A stretch of DNA of 64,000 bases, from assembly GCF_009914755.1 (NCBI RefSeq), contig NC_060936.1, one strand, 5' to 3'. The translations under genes and the position numbers were made by a program. This DNA comes from the human T2T-CHM13v2.0 reference genome, Homo sapiens. This document shows positions 1 to 13,420 of this stretch, piece after piece (within the stretch, counting starts at the first letter, position 1; each line of letters opens with the position of its first letter). The notes below the pieces were generated by a model. The model searched no databases. It saw nothing but the letters and a program-made list of their open reading frames with translations, and was not told where the DNA came from.

Positions 1-310
1 TCGCTGGTGATATTTAAGCTCATTTCTATATATTTCTATACGAGTGGTACTCTGCAACTTGATTAGAATGTGTCTAGAAGTATATATCTTTTGCATTTCT
101 CATGCTTGTTATTCACTGATTTTCTTGAATTTGAGAATATTTGTCTGTTAAAATGCTGGATTATTCTCAGCCATCCCTTTGAATTTTGCATTTCTTCACT
201 CCTTATCTTCTCTCTCGTATTAGTATTGCTGTGTTGCAATATAGGTAATTCTTTCAAGTACATCATCCGATGAACTAATTCTTATATCAGCTATATCTAA
301 TATACTATAG

Positions 311-541
311 TAGATTGAGATCCCAAATCCAAAAATCTAAAATCTGGAGTGCTCCAAAATAAAAACTTTTTGAGCACCAACATGCTGCTCAAAGGAAATA
401 CTGAAGGATATTGAATTTCAGATTGTCAGATTTGGGATGCTTAACTAGTAACTATAATGAAAACATTCCCAAATCCAAAGAACTCTGAAATCCAAAACGC
501 TTCTTATCACAAGCATTTCAGATAAGGGTTACTGAAGATGT
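311..541. mobile_element. Tigger4a/MER46A-type non-autonomous TcMar-Tigger DNA transposon
   Basis: ~230 bp resembling the recalled consensus (ATCCCAAATCCAAAAATCTAAAATC...GCTCCAAAAT...TTTTTGAGCACCAACATG...AAGCATTTCAGATAAGGG); degenerate TIRs. Confidence 0.75.
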
Positions 542-999
542 ATTTATACTTTCTTTTCATTATCTTATTTTAATTGTATTTTTTAAATTTTCATACACTA
601 TAAATATTTCTTTTTCAAGTGTTCATGGTAATTTTTGAAAGCCTCTCATTCACTTTTCATACTGTTTATATTCTCCTGAATTTAATCAAATATTTCAACT
701 ATATGTATTTTGTATCCTACATATCTTAATCCCAATATCCCAAACGTTGAAAGTCTAATTCCTTGTATTATTTCTGCTGCCTCCTAGTAATGATGAATAT
801 TTGTCTTCATATGGATTTATTATTTTGAGCTCATTATTTTACATCTTTGCCTGTGAAAATTATGTAAGGTCTGGTTTAGAGAACATTCTTTCAGAGATTT
901 TTACTCTTGTAGCTCCTAATATCCAAACTCTTGAATGCATTCATTTATATCCACATCAACTCTGTGTTCAAATTCTATTGCTTTTGTCTTCAAAATATT

Positions 1000-1350
1000 T
1001 CCAAACTTCAAGCACTTCTCACTATCTTCACCATTACCTCCCTGGGTCAAGCTTTCATCACCACTCACCAGGATTATTGCAGTAGCCTTTTAAGTATCTT
1101 CCTATTTCAGCCCTTACTCCACTTCCATCTCTTCTTCATATTACTCTGTCAAAACTTCGTGAGAGCACTCCATTTCTCAAATTCTGCCTTTTTAATGAGG
1201 CCATCTGAGCAACTCAATGCTCAAAACTCTTTTATTACACAGTTTCTTGATCTTACCCTACTATTTTTTTTTTCCTTTATGGCATGTTTCATCATTTAAC
1301 ATATTACATATCTTATTTGTTTTGGTTACTGACTCTTTCCCCTCACTAGA
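1000..1350 (+). mobile_element. L2 fragment
   Basis: L2-like pyrimidine-rich segment CCAGGATTATTGCAGTAGCCTTTTAAG...CACTAGAAATG; boundaries approximate. Confidence 0.5.
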
Positions 1351-1430
1351 AATGGAGCCATGGAGAAATTTTGATGTGTGTGTACATGTGTATGTTATAG
1401 ATAAATATTTGGAAGTCTCTCCTGTGCTGC

Positions 1431-1727
1431 TATTTATTTATTTATTTAAGGCAGAGTCTTGCTGTGTCACCCAGGGTGGATTGCAGTGGCATGATATTGA
1501 CTCACTGCAACCTCCGCCTCCCTGGCTTGAGATTCTTGTGCCTCAGCCTCCCAAATACCTGGGATTACAGGCATGCACCACCACGCCCAACTAATTTTTG
1601 TATTTTTACTAGAGACAGGGTTTCACCATGTTAGCCCGGCTGATCTCAAACTCCTGACCTCAAGTGATCCACCCACTTAGGCCCCCCCAAAGTGCTGGGT
1701 TTACAGGCGTGAGTCACCACACAGGCC
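1431..1727 (-). mobile_element. Alu (old AluS/AluJ type)
   Basis: Reverse-complement dimeric Alu with a (TTTA)n tail at 1431-1447, ending ...CACCACACAGGCC. Confidence 0.95.
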
Positions 1728-2489
1728 TATTGTGTTATTATTTTAGATCTGTGCTAAAGAAAGTTTTTTCCAGTGATTTGTCTGTGCTTACTGTTGACAA
1801 ATTTCCAAATATATTATTAGTCCAGGAAAACCTTAAATCAAATTTACTTATTGAACTTCTTGGATCACCTTCATTATGTGACTTTGTCCTGAAAATTACA
1901 AGTGGGCTCATTTGTTATCATAAAAACTTGGGGACATTTTTCCCTTTGTTCTATACCAAGGTAACTTTCCCCGTAACCCTCTCCATGTTGGGTTTCTGTA
2001 GTTTGACTTTGTGGTCACTTTGATGCTGAGGGTATCCAAGTCCAAGCTTTATTGAAGAAAATACTCACATTAGATTCCTCACTCTGATTACACAATGGGC
2101 TTGTCATGTGTTCCTTTATCCAAATATTCTTTTAAACTACAGCTCAAGTTTTCCAGATTTCTAAAAGACCTTGGGAAGAAGCAGCTTCTGTTCTCAGTTT
2201 ACTTTTCAGTGTATCCAGCTTTTGTTCATGTTCAGCCTGATAATTCTAGTTTACAGTTTTATTTAATTCTGTGAAGCACCAGGTGTTTGCAGTGAAAAAA
2301 TTATTCAAATACATGGCCAGCCATGTGGCAGAACATAGAAATATTCTTTCACAATAATAAACACTTAAAAACACCTGACTTGAAAGCAGTCCTGACATTG
2401 GAGGCAACTGTGAATGGATGGTCTGTAATAACGTCCTGTTGCGCATTTGACAAAAACTGATATGCAAATAAAGCCTGTAGTCATTACCC

Positions 2490-3090
2490 TTTCATTCATC
2501 CAAAAATACTGAGTTTCTCTCATGCGTTGGGATACAGATGAAAATAAAATAGACAATTCCCTGGCATTTATAAGCTTACTCTGTAATTTGGCAAGCAGGC
2601 AATAAACAAGATACTTAATAAATATAATATCAGGTAGTGATAGCCAACATAAAGAAAGAACTGGCAAAGAAAAGCAGTGAAACAACTTAGAGAGATATGG
2701 AAGGTGGGAGATTTCTATTTGAAGTAGGTTGGTCAGGAAAGCTTAGTGTGAAACAGAAGACAGTAAATAAAATAGGTGAAGAACCAAGTCGAATGGCAAG
2801 GAGGGTAAGAATGCACATCATGAAGGGCCTCGTATGATGTAGTAAAGAGTTTGAAATTTATTCAAATACTGTATTTTTTTAAGTAGAGAAGCAATGAGAT
2901 ATGATTAGAATTTTGACAAACTACTATGGAATTTGTGTGGAGAATAATTTTTAGGAGGAAAGATATGGGAAGAAGGGTTGCTAGTGAGGGAGGAAGATGT
3001 TGCAGAAGACCCAGTGAGAGAGGATGGTGGCTTTCACCATCCTGCAGTAGAGATAGTAAGAAACAGTTGCTTCAGGAAACAAATTTTTTA
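2490..3090 (-). mobile_element. L2 3' portion
   Basis: Starts TTCATTCATCCAAAAATACTGAG (reverse of the L2 tail), followed by the typical purine-rich L2 antisense body. Confidence 0.6.
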
Positions 3091-3191
3091 AAGAGTCTTC
3101 ATTTGTAAAGGAAAACAAAAAATAGTCATATCATTTTTGAAAAAATACTGCATTTGAAAAAAGAGACCATTTTTAATAATCAGAGAAAATA

Positions 3192-3345
3192 TATTCTTAT
3201 GAATTTTAGTCATAAGAATAAATTCATAAGAATGGACATGGAAATCATTCTGGAAATTCCATTCAAAAGAATAAATGGAAATCATTCTGGAAATTCCATT
3301 CATAAGAATAAATTCATAAGAATGGACATGGAAATCATTCTGGAA
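3192..3345. repeat. Local mosaic of direct and inverted micro-duplications
   Basis: Perfect 46-bp direct repeat at 3210-3255 and 3300-3345; ATGGAAATCATTCTGGAA x3; 3193-3206 inverted at 3220-3233. Confidence 0.9.
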
Positions 3346-4379
3346 CATGATTCAAGAGGATAGTGAATCTGAAGTAATGAAGAAGGCAGTCAAAACAAGT
3401 GTGGTGTAAAATCTGAAAAGACTGCATACAATTAAAAACAATTTATTTGAATTCAAACTTTCAGTAAGAGAAGAAAAATCAGAAAAGCAACTTTGTGTGA
3501 AAGAGAGGCTTGATAAATTTCCCCAAACTTACAGGGAAAGTTATGAAAATTAAAATGAGAAAAAATATAAGCACTATGAAAACAAATTCAGGAATAAAAT
3601 ATACTTGTTACATAAATTTTAGAATTAGAGAAGAAATATAACAGATGCCACAAGTAATTTAAAGCACAGATAAAAACAATGGAATGAGTAGACATTGACT
3701 TGCACAAATGTAAGTAGATTTCTACATACAGTTAAGAAAAAATAGGCACCTTCAAAGAAATTAAATTTTAAATGGCCTCAGATTTCTTTTTCCACAAGAA
3801 TAAATACCAAAGAGCAACAAATGAAACATCTTCAGGTATTTGGGAATGTCTTTATCCATTTTGTAGTCAGAAAACATTTTAAAAGGGAATGTGAGATGAC
3901 AGAGAAGGCTAACAGCTAGCAGGATTAAACAACATGGAGGCATAACAAAGGTGTAGCAATACAAAACAAATTGCTCTAATAATTTACTATGAAGATAATA
4001 AGGACTAAATTATATAAGCAGTAGATATGGGAAGGAGAAAACAGATTTGAGAATCACTGTACATCATGAAGTACTGTCATACGGCATAATGGTTTTCGCA
4101 TAAATTGTGAATTGCGAGTCACCAAACTCAGCCTCAACATACTCGTATGTTAAATGGGACAAGCAAACTCATAGGATTATGATAAAGTAATGCTGTGATT
4201 TATCTACATATCTATCTCCTCTTCTTTTAAGGAAATCAAATATGAAAGGAAGCACTGTTAATTTTCAAGCCATATTCCAATATGTGGTAGTATTTTTGTC
4301 TTGCATGTATTGCTGAGGCTAAATCTCAAACATTTGGCAACTTCTTTTATTTGGAAAGTGAAGTAAAGGAAAGTACAAA

Positions 4380-5320
4380 ATTATTCCAAGATTCCAGATC
4401 TAGATTACTAGAACAATGAATCAAAATGTCTCTGAAAGATGGAGCTTCTCAAGTATTCTCCAAATAGAATTTGGTTTCTCTTAAATTCAGGTCTACTTCA
4501 AGGCATTACTAGTAGAAATTTGGATACATAAAAGAGATGCTGTATCCAAGGAGAAAAATAATTAAACTTTGGATATATTAAAAGATAAAGTGCTTTGTGA
4601 TAGAACATTTATCAGTGACAGAAATACTGATGTCAAGCAAGCACCTACAAATTTAAATGAGGAGCTTGAGAGAGGTTGAATTCATTGTTGCATTGCCATA
4701 GAATTATTATCTTTAATTTTTTTTTTTTTTTGCTGTTTGTACATTTTGCTTTAGGAAGACATTGCAAAGTGGGAGTAGAAAATCAAGAACTAATATTTAG
4801 ATCTAGTATCAAGTGGGTTAGTAAAATATTATCAAGGAAAAGACAATGAAGCAGAGAGACTAGAGTACAACCAAAATATTATAGTAGATAGAGTGAGGCA
4901 GCAGAGTTGCAAGTGGATGCTCAACAAAGGCAAAATTAGGAGAAAGTTAAGGAGAAAGAGAATTTTTAAAATAAATTTAAAAACTTCACACCTTTCTAAT
5001 TTTAGAAGAAAGAATCCATTGGCAACCTTCAAGGAAACAATGTAATTAGAGTGGTTATGATAGAAGCGAGCTGGCAGAAGGTTAAGGCAGTAAGGGGAGT
5101 GAAGATGAAGCAAAGCTATAAGTGGAGAAATCTGGAAGGGGTGCACTAGGGAGGGGCAGTATAAGGAGAGAATAATAAAATTTGAGTGATGATCAAGGTC
5201 AAATGAGCAACTTTTGACTTTTCTATTGTTAACATAGTAGAGGCAATTGTGGACTTAAAAGACTTAAAAAGGGAGAATTAGTATGCCAGTCTTGAGATGA
5301 TGGATGTAAGAGATCACTTT
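4380..5320 (-). mobile_element. Old L2 fragments
   Basis: Degenerate purine-rich L2-antisense motifs; boundaries approximate. Confidence 0.4.
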
Positions 5321-5565
5321 CTTGATAGATCTTAGTTATTTCTTTACTTTCCATTCTCTCTCAATTTATTGTGACTTCCAAGAAGGCAGATGTGAATACC
5401 TTTTCAGGTTTGTGTTTTCAGGGCCTATGAAAGTACCTGGCATTTAGTGGGAATACCAAAAACATCTGCTGAAGTGAATTAAATTTAACTGTGAGGGTTC
5501 ATGCTCAGGAAGTTGGTTTTATGTTAAGAAATATACAAGAAAAATTAGATAATGGGGTGGGAAAG

Positions 5566-7924
5566 TGTATTAGTCCATTTTCACACTGTTATAAAAAACT
5601 GCCTGAGACTGGGTAATTTATGAAGAAAATAGATTTAATTGACTCACAGTTCCACATGACTAGGGAGGCCTTAGGAAACTGATAATCTTGATGGAAGGCA
5701 AAGGGGAACTAATACCTTCTTCACAAGGTGACAGGAGAGAGAAAGAAGACAAAGGGGAGAAGTTTCACTTTTAAACCTTGATCTTGTGAGAACTCACTCA
5801 TTATCACTAGAACAGCATGGGGCAAACTGCCCCCATGATCCCACCAGGTCCTTCCCATGAGGTCCTTCCCTTGACATACGGGGATTACAATTTGAGATGA
5901 GATTTGAGTGGGGACACAGAGCCAAACCATATCATTCTGCCCCTGGCCTCTCCCAAATATCATGTTCTTCTCACACTGCATAATACAATTATCCTTTATC
6001 AACAGTCCCCCAAAGTCTTAACTCATTCCAGCATTAACCCAAAAGTTCAAGTCCAAAGTCTTATCTAAGACAAGGGAAGTCCCTTCCACCCAGGATCCTG
6101 TAAAATCAAGACCAAGTTAGTTACTTCCAAGATACAATGAGGCTACAGGCAATGGGTAAATATTCCTGTTCCAAATGGGAGAAATTGGCAAAAACAAAGG
6201 GACCATAGGTCCCATGCAAGTCCAAAACCTGGCAGGGCATTCATCAAATCTTAAAGCCCCAAAATAATCCCTTTTGATTCCATGCCTTACCTCCAGGGCA
6301 TGCTGATGCAAGGGGTGGGCCCTCAAGGCCTTGGGCAGCTCTGCCCCTGCGGCTCTGCAAGGTACAGCTCCCACAGCTGCTTTCATGGGCTAGCGTTAAG
6401 TGCCTGTGGCTTTTCTAGATGCATGGTGCAAGCTCTTGGTGGATCTAGCATTCTGGGGACTGAAGGACAATGGCACTCTTTTCACAGGTTCACCAGGCAG
6501 TGCCCCAGTTGTGACTCTGTGTGTGGGCTCCAACCCCACATTTCCTCTTTGTATTGCCCCAGTTACGGTTCTCTATGACGGCTACACCCCTGCAGACTTC
6601 TGCTTGGGCATCCAGGCATTTCCATACGTCCTCTGAAATCTAGGTGGAAACTCACAAAGCTCAGCTCTTGTCTTCTGCACACGTGCAGGCCCAACACCAC
6701 ATGGAAGCTGCCAAGGCTTGGGAGTTGCACACTCTACAGCAATGCCCTGAGCTGTACATTGACCCCTTTTAGCCACAACTGCAGCTGGAGTGGCTGGGAC
6801 ACAAAGAACTAGGTCCTGAGGCTGTACAGAGCAGCAGGGCCCTGGGCCCAGCCCACGAAACTATTTTTCCCTCCTAGGCCTCTGGGTCTGTGATGCAAGG
6901 GGCTGCCTTGTAAATCTCTGACATGCTCTAGCAACATTTTTCTCATTGTCTTGGCTATTAACATTCAGTTCTTCATTTCTTTTGCTAATTTCTGCAGCCA
7001 GCTTTAATGTCTCCCCAGAAAATGGGTTTTCTTTTCAACCACATGGTCGAGTTGCAAATTTTCCAAACTTTAATGCTCCGCTTCCCTTTTAAACATAAGT
7101 TCTAATTTTGAATCATCTCTTGGTGAATGCTCATGATGGAACACTTTCAGAATCAGCCAGGTCACATCTTGAATGCTTTGCTGCTTAGAAATTTCTACCA
7201 CCAGATATCATAAATCATCTTCCTCAAGTTCAGTGTTCTACAGATCTCTAAGGCTGGGGCAAATTGCCACCAGTCCTTTTACTAAACATAACAGGAGTAA
7301 CCTTTGATCCAGTTCCCAATAAGTTCCTCATCTTCATGTGAGACCACTTTAGCCTGGATATCATTTTCCATATCACTATCAGCATGTTGGTCAAAACCAT
7401 CCAACAGGTCTCTAGGATGTTCCAAACTTTCCCATGTCTTCTTTTCTTCTGAGCCCTCCAAACTGTTCCAATCTCTGCTAGTTACCCAGTTTCAAAGTCA
7501 CCTCCACATTTTTGGGTTATCTTTATAACAGTGCCCCACTATCTTGGTAACAATTCTCTGTATTAGTCCATTTTCATATAGCTATAAAGATACTACCTGA
7601 GACTGGTAATCTATAAAGTAAAAAGGTTTAATTGACTCATAGCTCTACATGGCTAGGGAGGCCTCAGGAAACTTACAATCATGGTGGAAGGTAAAGGAGA
7701 AGCAAGTACGTTCTTCACAGGGTGGCAGGAGAGAGAGCGAGCAAAGCAGGGAAGTGCCATTTTTAAATCATCAGCTCTCATGATAATCCACTCACTGTCA
7801 TGAGAACAGCATGGGGGAAACTGCCTCCATGATCCAATCACATCCCACCAGGTCCTTCCCTTGACAGGTGAGGATTACAATTTGAGATGAGATTTGGGTG
7901 AGGATGCAGAGTCAAACAATATCA
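5566..7924 (-). mobile_element. Complete THE1D MaLR provirus (LTR 5566-5934, internal 5935-7558, LTR 7559-7924)
   Basis: Two ~367-bp LTRs, both TGTATTAGTCCATTTTCA...ATATCA, flank a 1.6-kb THE1-int; 5-bp TSD GAAAG/GAAGG. Confidence 0.92.
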
Positions 7925-8301
7925 GAAGGGGTCAAAAAAAAAAAAAAGGCAGGAGTCAGAGCTGACATAGTCCTGAGATGTTGAGCCAAGTGTTTACAGA
8001 TCAGCATGTAGTTGTGCTATAAGTGTCAGAATTTAAGGTTAAAGATGAAGTAAAGACCAATGTTCAAATCAAGAATCTGGACAATAGGCAGGAAGAGTCA
8101 AAAAATCAGTAGATTATTCTAGCATTCTCCATCCAGTAAGTCTTTACACCCTTCTTCTGCACTAGGGCCAATCCCTATGCAGGAACAGACACAACTTAAA
8201 ATAAGAATAAGAAGATGATGTAGTTCTCAGGAAACTGAATTCAAGGAGAGAAAGAAAGACCAAAACAAAATAATGTAAATTAGAAAAAAAATTTAGGAAG
8301 G

Positions 8302-8980
<679 letters not shown>

Positions 8981-9277
8981 GAAATTGAATTATGTATGGT
9001 AGTCAGATCCAAAAAAATCAGTAAGAAATAGAAAACAAATATAAATGAATCACCAGAGGGAAGTTTCTTCTCCCTAAAGCTATAGAAAAAAGATGAGAGG
9101 TTGGATCCAGAAATAAAGTTGTCTAGTTGAAAATGAGGAAAAAGTCTCATTTCATGTCAGTGTACCTAAATCTTCTTGAGGATGTGACATGTTGGGTCGA
9201 CAGGTCAAAGGAGAATGACAAATTGAAGATGTCAAAGAAGAGTTGTTCTTGAGGGAGATTCATAATCTAAACAGTAA

Positions 9278-9280
<3 letters not shown>

Positions 9281-9316
<36 letters not shown>
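9281..9316. repeat. (CA)18 microsatellite
   Basis: Uninterrupted CA run read directly. Confidence 0.97.
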
Positions 9317-9317
<1 letters not shown>

Positions 9318-9343
9318 CTCCTGAGAACATGTGCCCAAGGTGG

Positions 9344-9805
9344 TGATGGCGCAGGAGGCAGGCAAATGCCTAGGCAGATAGGGGTGAAACCCCACCCCAA
9401 GCCAAAGACAGTTTAAAGCCTGAAAGCCAAGCTACAAGTCAAATCCATGGACAGGGTTGAGAACCCGTCTCCCTGTTTGGCGCACTTTCCTCTAATTGAT
9501 CCCTACCCTTGACAGATTTGACATATACCTACCTTTTCCTAATGGGTTTTATATACTGTTGTACCCCCCTTTGAGTGATGTCTTCTCATTAACCTTTCTG
9601 CATACTCACAAACCCATCAGCATGCACTTCCCATTCTGAGTCCATAAAATGCCACAGACCCAGCCACAGGGAGAGAGAACCCACCCAACAGCAGGAATGT
9701 GGAACCACCGTATGGTATCCCCTCTCCACTGAGAGCTGCTCCATTACTCAAAAAATTCTTCTCTGCCCATCCTCACACTTCAATTTTCAGTGTATCCTCA
9801 TTCTT
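9344..9805 (+). mobile_element. ERV1 (MER4-group) LTR, apparently 3'-truncated; subfamily not assigned
   Basis: TGATGGCGCAGGAGGCAGGCAAATGCCTAGGCAGATAGG start; CCCATCAGCATGCAC and CCATAAAA promoter block typical of MER4-group LTRs. Confidence 0.65.
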
Positions 9806-10279
9806 TAACTATTAATCTCTTTAACTATATGGACCAGTGGGTTTTATGTTTCACTAAGTATCCATTACACAATGTGAGATAAACAAAAATGTAGTATCGT
9901 TTTTTTGCTGTTACTTTGTAAGTGTTTTTTCACTAGAATAACTGACTGCCTTGTCATGAGCTTCCTTTCCTGTATCACAAAAATTATCTACTGCATAAAA
10001 ACTTCTAAGGTTTATGTCAAAATGTAATTTAAAATCATATTTTTTCTACTTACTTTATTTGAAATCAAATTGTTTATTTTTCCTTTGCTTTTCTACTATC
10101 AAAAATACTTTCTCTACTATTATTTTAATGGTTCATTTCTACATTGACTTGCCTTGTTTTTTCCAACTTCATTTTAGTAATTTACTGAACTTTCATGGAA
10201 CAAAATGTGAGTTATATTCTCTAGGCCTAAGAACATATACCATTAATGCCTAAATGTGCTACACAATCAAGTTCTTAAG

Positions 10280-11698
10280 AGAGTTGAATTCAAGACATTA
10301 AAAGCACAGTATCTGCCTCATACCAATGTTTTATGAATCTCTAGGGCTAGTTAGAGTAACCACTGATCAAGAAAGTTCAACAAATGCAAAACAACATAAA
10401 ATATAAATTAATATTTTAAAAATCTAGGTACATTACCAAACTATTTAAAACCAAGGATAAAAAGAAAATATTTAATCATCAAGGAAAATAATACATTATA
10501 TAAAGAACAGCAACAATACATATGAGAACTGATTTCTCATTTGAAAAATTGAATGCCAAATATGATGAAATAATGTTTAAAATTATAAAAGAAAAACTGT
10601 ATACATAAAAGCTAATCAAATCTCTTTCCTTTACATGCCACAAAAGAAATGCAAAAAGAAGTTCTTCAAACTGAAAGAAAATGTACCAGATAGAAATTAA
10701 AATATATAGACAAAAATCGAGAGAACTGGTAATGGTATAAAAGGTATCCATGAACATAAATAAAAGTAAATGTTTTTCTCTCTATTAAGAAGCATTTAAA
10801 GGTCAACTCACAACTTAAGTAAAAATATTAACAATGCATTTTGTGGTTTAGTATATGTTAATAAAATATGTGTTAACAACATATATATGATAAAGAATGA
10901 GGATAAATGGGTGAATAAAATAAAACTCTTGCAGGGTTGTTACATTTGAAGTCCTTTAAAAAAAAATTAAAGGTAGATTCTGATAAGTTAGGGCTGTACT
11001 TTTAATATTCAGAACAAGCATGATACAAGGTATAGCTAAAAGTCAACAGAGGATTTGGAATGGAATACTAACATTGATTTCATTTACCAAAAAGAAGACA
11101 GGAAACAAGAAACAAAGAAGCCAGGAACATTAGGAGCAAATGGAAAACAAATAGAGCAAGATAGTAGACTTAAAGTAACACCACTAACAAATAGATTAAA
11201 TGTAACCACACAAAAGGATCCATTAAAAAAGCAGAGATTGTTGGAACTTAACTACATACTGTTTATAAGAAATATACTTTAAATTTACGGACACCAAGAA
11301 GTAGAAAGAAACACGGGAAATTGATACATCTGGAAAACAAAAAGCATAAGGAAGACTGTGTGGCTATGTTAATATGAAAGTTGACTTCAAAAAGTTATCA
11401 TGAACAGTAAAAATAAGAACATTTAATAATGTTCATCAAGAAGAAATAACAATCCTAAGTAACTCTTATAAAAAGGCTTCAAAATACATAAAGCAGAAAT
11501 GGTTATAACTAAAGGGAAAAGAATAGATGAATCCACAATTTTGTTGGAAATTTAAATATCTCTTTCTCATTAATTAGTAACACAAATAGGAGAAGAAAAA
11601 TCAGTAAGAATATAGATGATTGACATTTATAGACTATTATAACCATATTGCAGAATACACATTGTTATTGAGTGCAAAGGAAGCATTTGCCAAGTTAC
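10280..11698 (+). mobile_element. Old L1M fragment (ORF1 3' end, inter-ORF region, ORF2 endonuclease start)
   Basis: A-rich sense L1 motifs such as CTGATTTCTCA, AAAAAGCAGAGATTG and GCAGAATACACATT. Confidence 0.7.
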
Positions 11699-11699
11699 A

Positions 11700-11765
11700 C
11701 AGTAGTCCCACCTTATCCACAATTGTAATTTCTGTGGTTTCAGTTACTTGTGGTCAACCATGGCT
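11700..11765. mobile_element. Tigger3/MER8-type terminal fragment
   Basis: CAGTAGTCCCACCTTATCCAC...GGTTTCAGTTACTTGTGGTCAACCATGG TIR end only. Confidence 0.65.
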
Positions 11766-12789
11766 TACATAGGGTTCCAGACCTCATAAACCAGTCTAGT
11801 GGGAGAGACAGATATTGATAGCATAATAAGTCCTATATACATTGAATAATAAAAGAGAATACTATCAAAACTTTTTTTTTACTGTTCTTATTTTAACCCA
11901 ACAAAAATTTTCCTCTTTGATTTTATAAAAAGCTGATAAAAATAATATGTATTCTTGACTACAGGGTTAATCTTATATACAGCATATATAATATGCAATA
12001 ATGAAATCAATTTATATATATAAAAGCCAAGATAAAGTTAAAATAATTGTGTATAATGACATATGTAATAGCCTAATTAACTTATACATATATTTGTAAT
12101 ATGTAGGATGGTAATTTTTACATAAAGCTATATGTGTACTATATATGTGATTTAATAGATAAAAAATTTATATATATGTGATTTATGTATTTATATGTAG
12201 ACATATATAATATTACTTTAGCCTAAACTGTGAGATTTATGAGCATGATTAGCTTTATCTGTGTATAAACACTTCCGGTATAAACATCTATTTCTACCTT
12301 TTCCCCAAATTGAAATATTTAATACCCAAAGTGCAACAATTGTCTGAATCTTAATCAGATTATTCTATCCAGGATCTTAAGGCATTGCTTCCTGTTTCTT
12401 TTGTCACTATGACCCAATTGAATTGCTACTTTTATTGTCATTTATTGTAGAACCACCTGTTCAAGCATATGTTGCTGACATTCAGAACGTGCCCATTTTC
12501 ACACATTTTCACCCATTGTCAACACCAAGGTGTCAACCACGTGTGCAGACGTGTAAATAAATGTAAATGTTTGGCATAACAAGCCTGCCTGGAAGCACCC
12601 AAACCCCCCTTATATATTTTGCAGCTACCTCTTTTATACTATGACCTAATACATTTCTGCCTTTTTTTCCCTTTAATTCTTTTAAAACATGGGCACATTA
12701 ATGGTGCTATTCTTTCTTACTTGCTGACTTTATTGTACTTCTTATGTCATCTTCTTTTCAGTTATTCATAATGTTGACTTTTGCAGATA

Positions 12790-12950
12790 TTTGTGATCTT
12801 GGGAAGTCACTTCACCTCTCTGAGTCCCAGATTCCTCAGCCTGTAATATGAAGATGAAGATATTTACTCTGGAGGGATTATGTAAGAATTCAATGCAATA
12901 ATGTGTGTAACGAACTTAGCACAGTGGTCAACATCAAGGTCCATGGTAAT
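12790..12950 (+). mobile_element. MIR
   Basis: MIR core TGTGATCTTGGGAAGTCACTTCACCTCTCTGAG...CTGTAATATGAAGATGA...CTTAGCACAGTG. Confidence 0.8.
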
Positions 12951-13249
12951 CACTAATCTGGTTTCATATTTCAAAGAGTAGCTTCTTCAAGTCTTCCAAA
13001 TTGTGTCCCTCCTTTCTTTGCCACTCCAGGTAACTGCTTATGGCATTTCAACTGTTCTTCATTATATATTATTTTAATCATCTGACAAGTTTTGTCCTTT
13101 ACCTTTGAAGTCTTCAGCATTTCTTTCTGGGAAGGTGTCCTGAATAAATATTGATGCAACAAAAATACCATTCTGACCCTGATTATTTTCTTCTTGGGTA
13201 TAAATTAGTGTTTCTTTAATTTGTTTACTTTGCACCTGGACCGATTACC

Positions 13250-13420
13250 TTGTTTTGCTATAGTAAGGGCTAAATAAGGTGAGGACCAGAAGTTCATTCC
13301 CTGTTTAGGTCAGTCAGGGTTACACTGAAGACATATTTCTTTCATGCTTACAGATGTACCCCTAATCCTGACCATCTGCTTAGCAAATGAGCAGAAGGGC
13401 ACAGTAGGTAACAGTGGACT
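13250..13420 (+). mobile_element. tRNA-derived ancient SINE (MamSINE1-like)
   Basis: Decayed tRNA head (AGTTCATTCCCTG) followed by ACAGATGTACCCCTAATCCTGACCATCTG...GCAAATG, resembling the recalled MamSINE1 consensus. Confidence 0.45.

Noticed and set aside
3210-3345. CRISPR-like repeat-spacer pattern
   Set aside because: This is human DNA with only 2-3 irregular copies, the intervening sequence is itself duplicated, and there are no cas genes.
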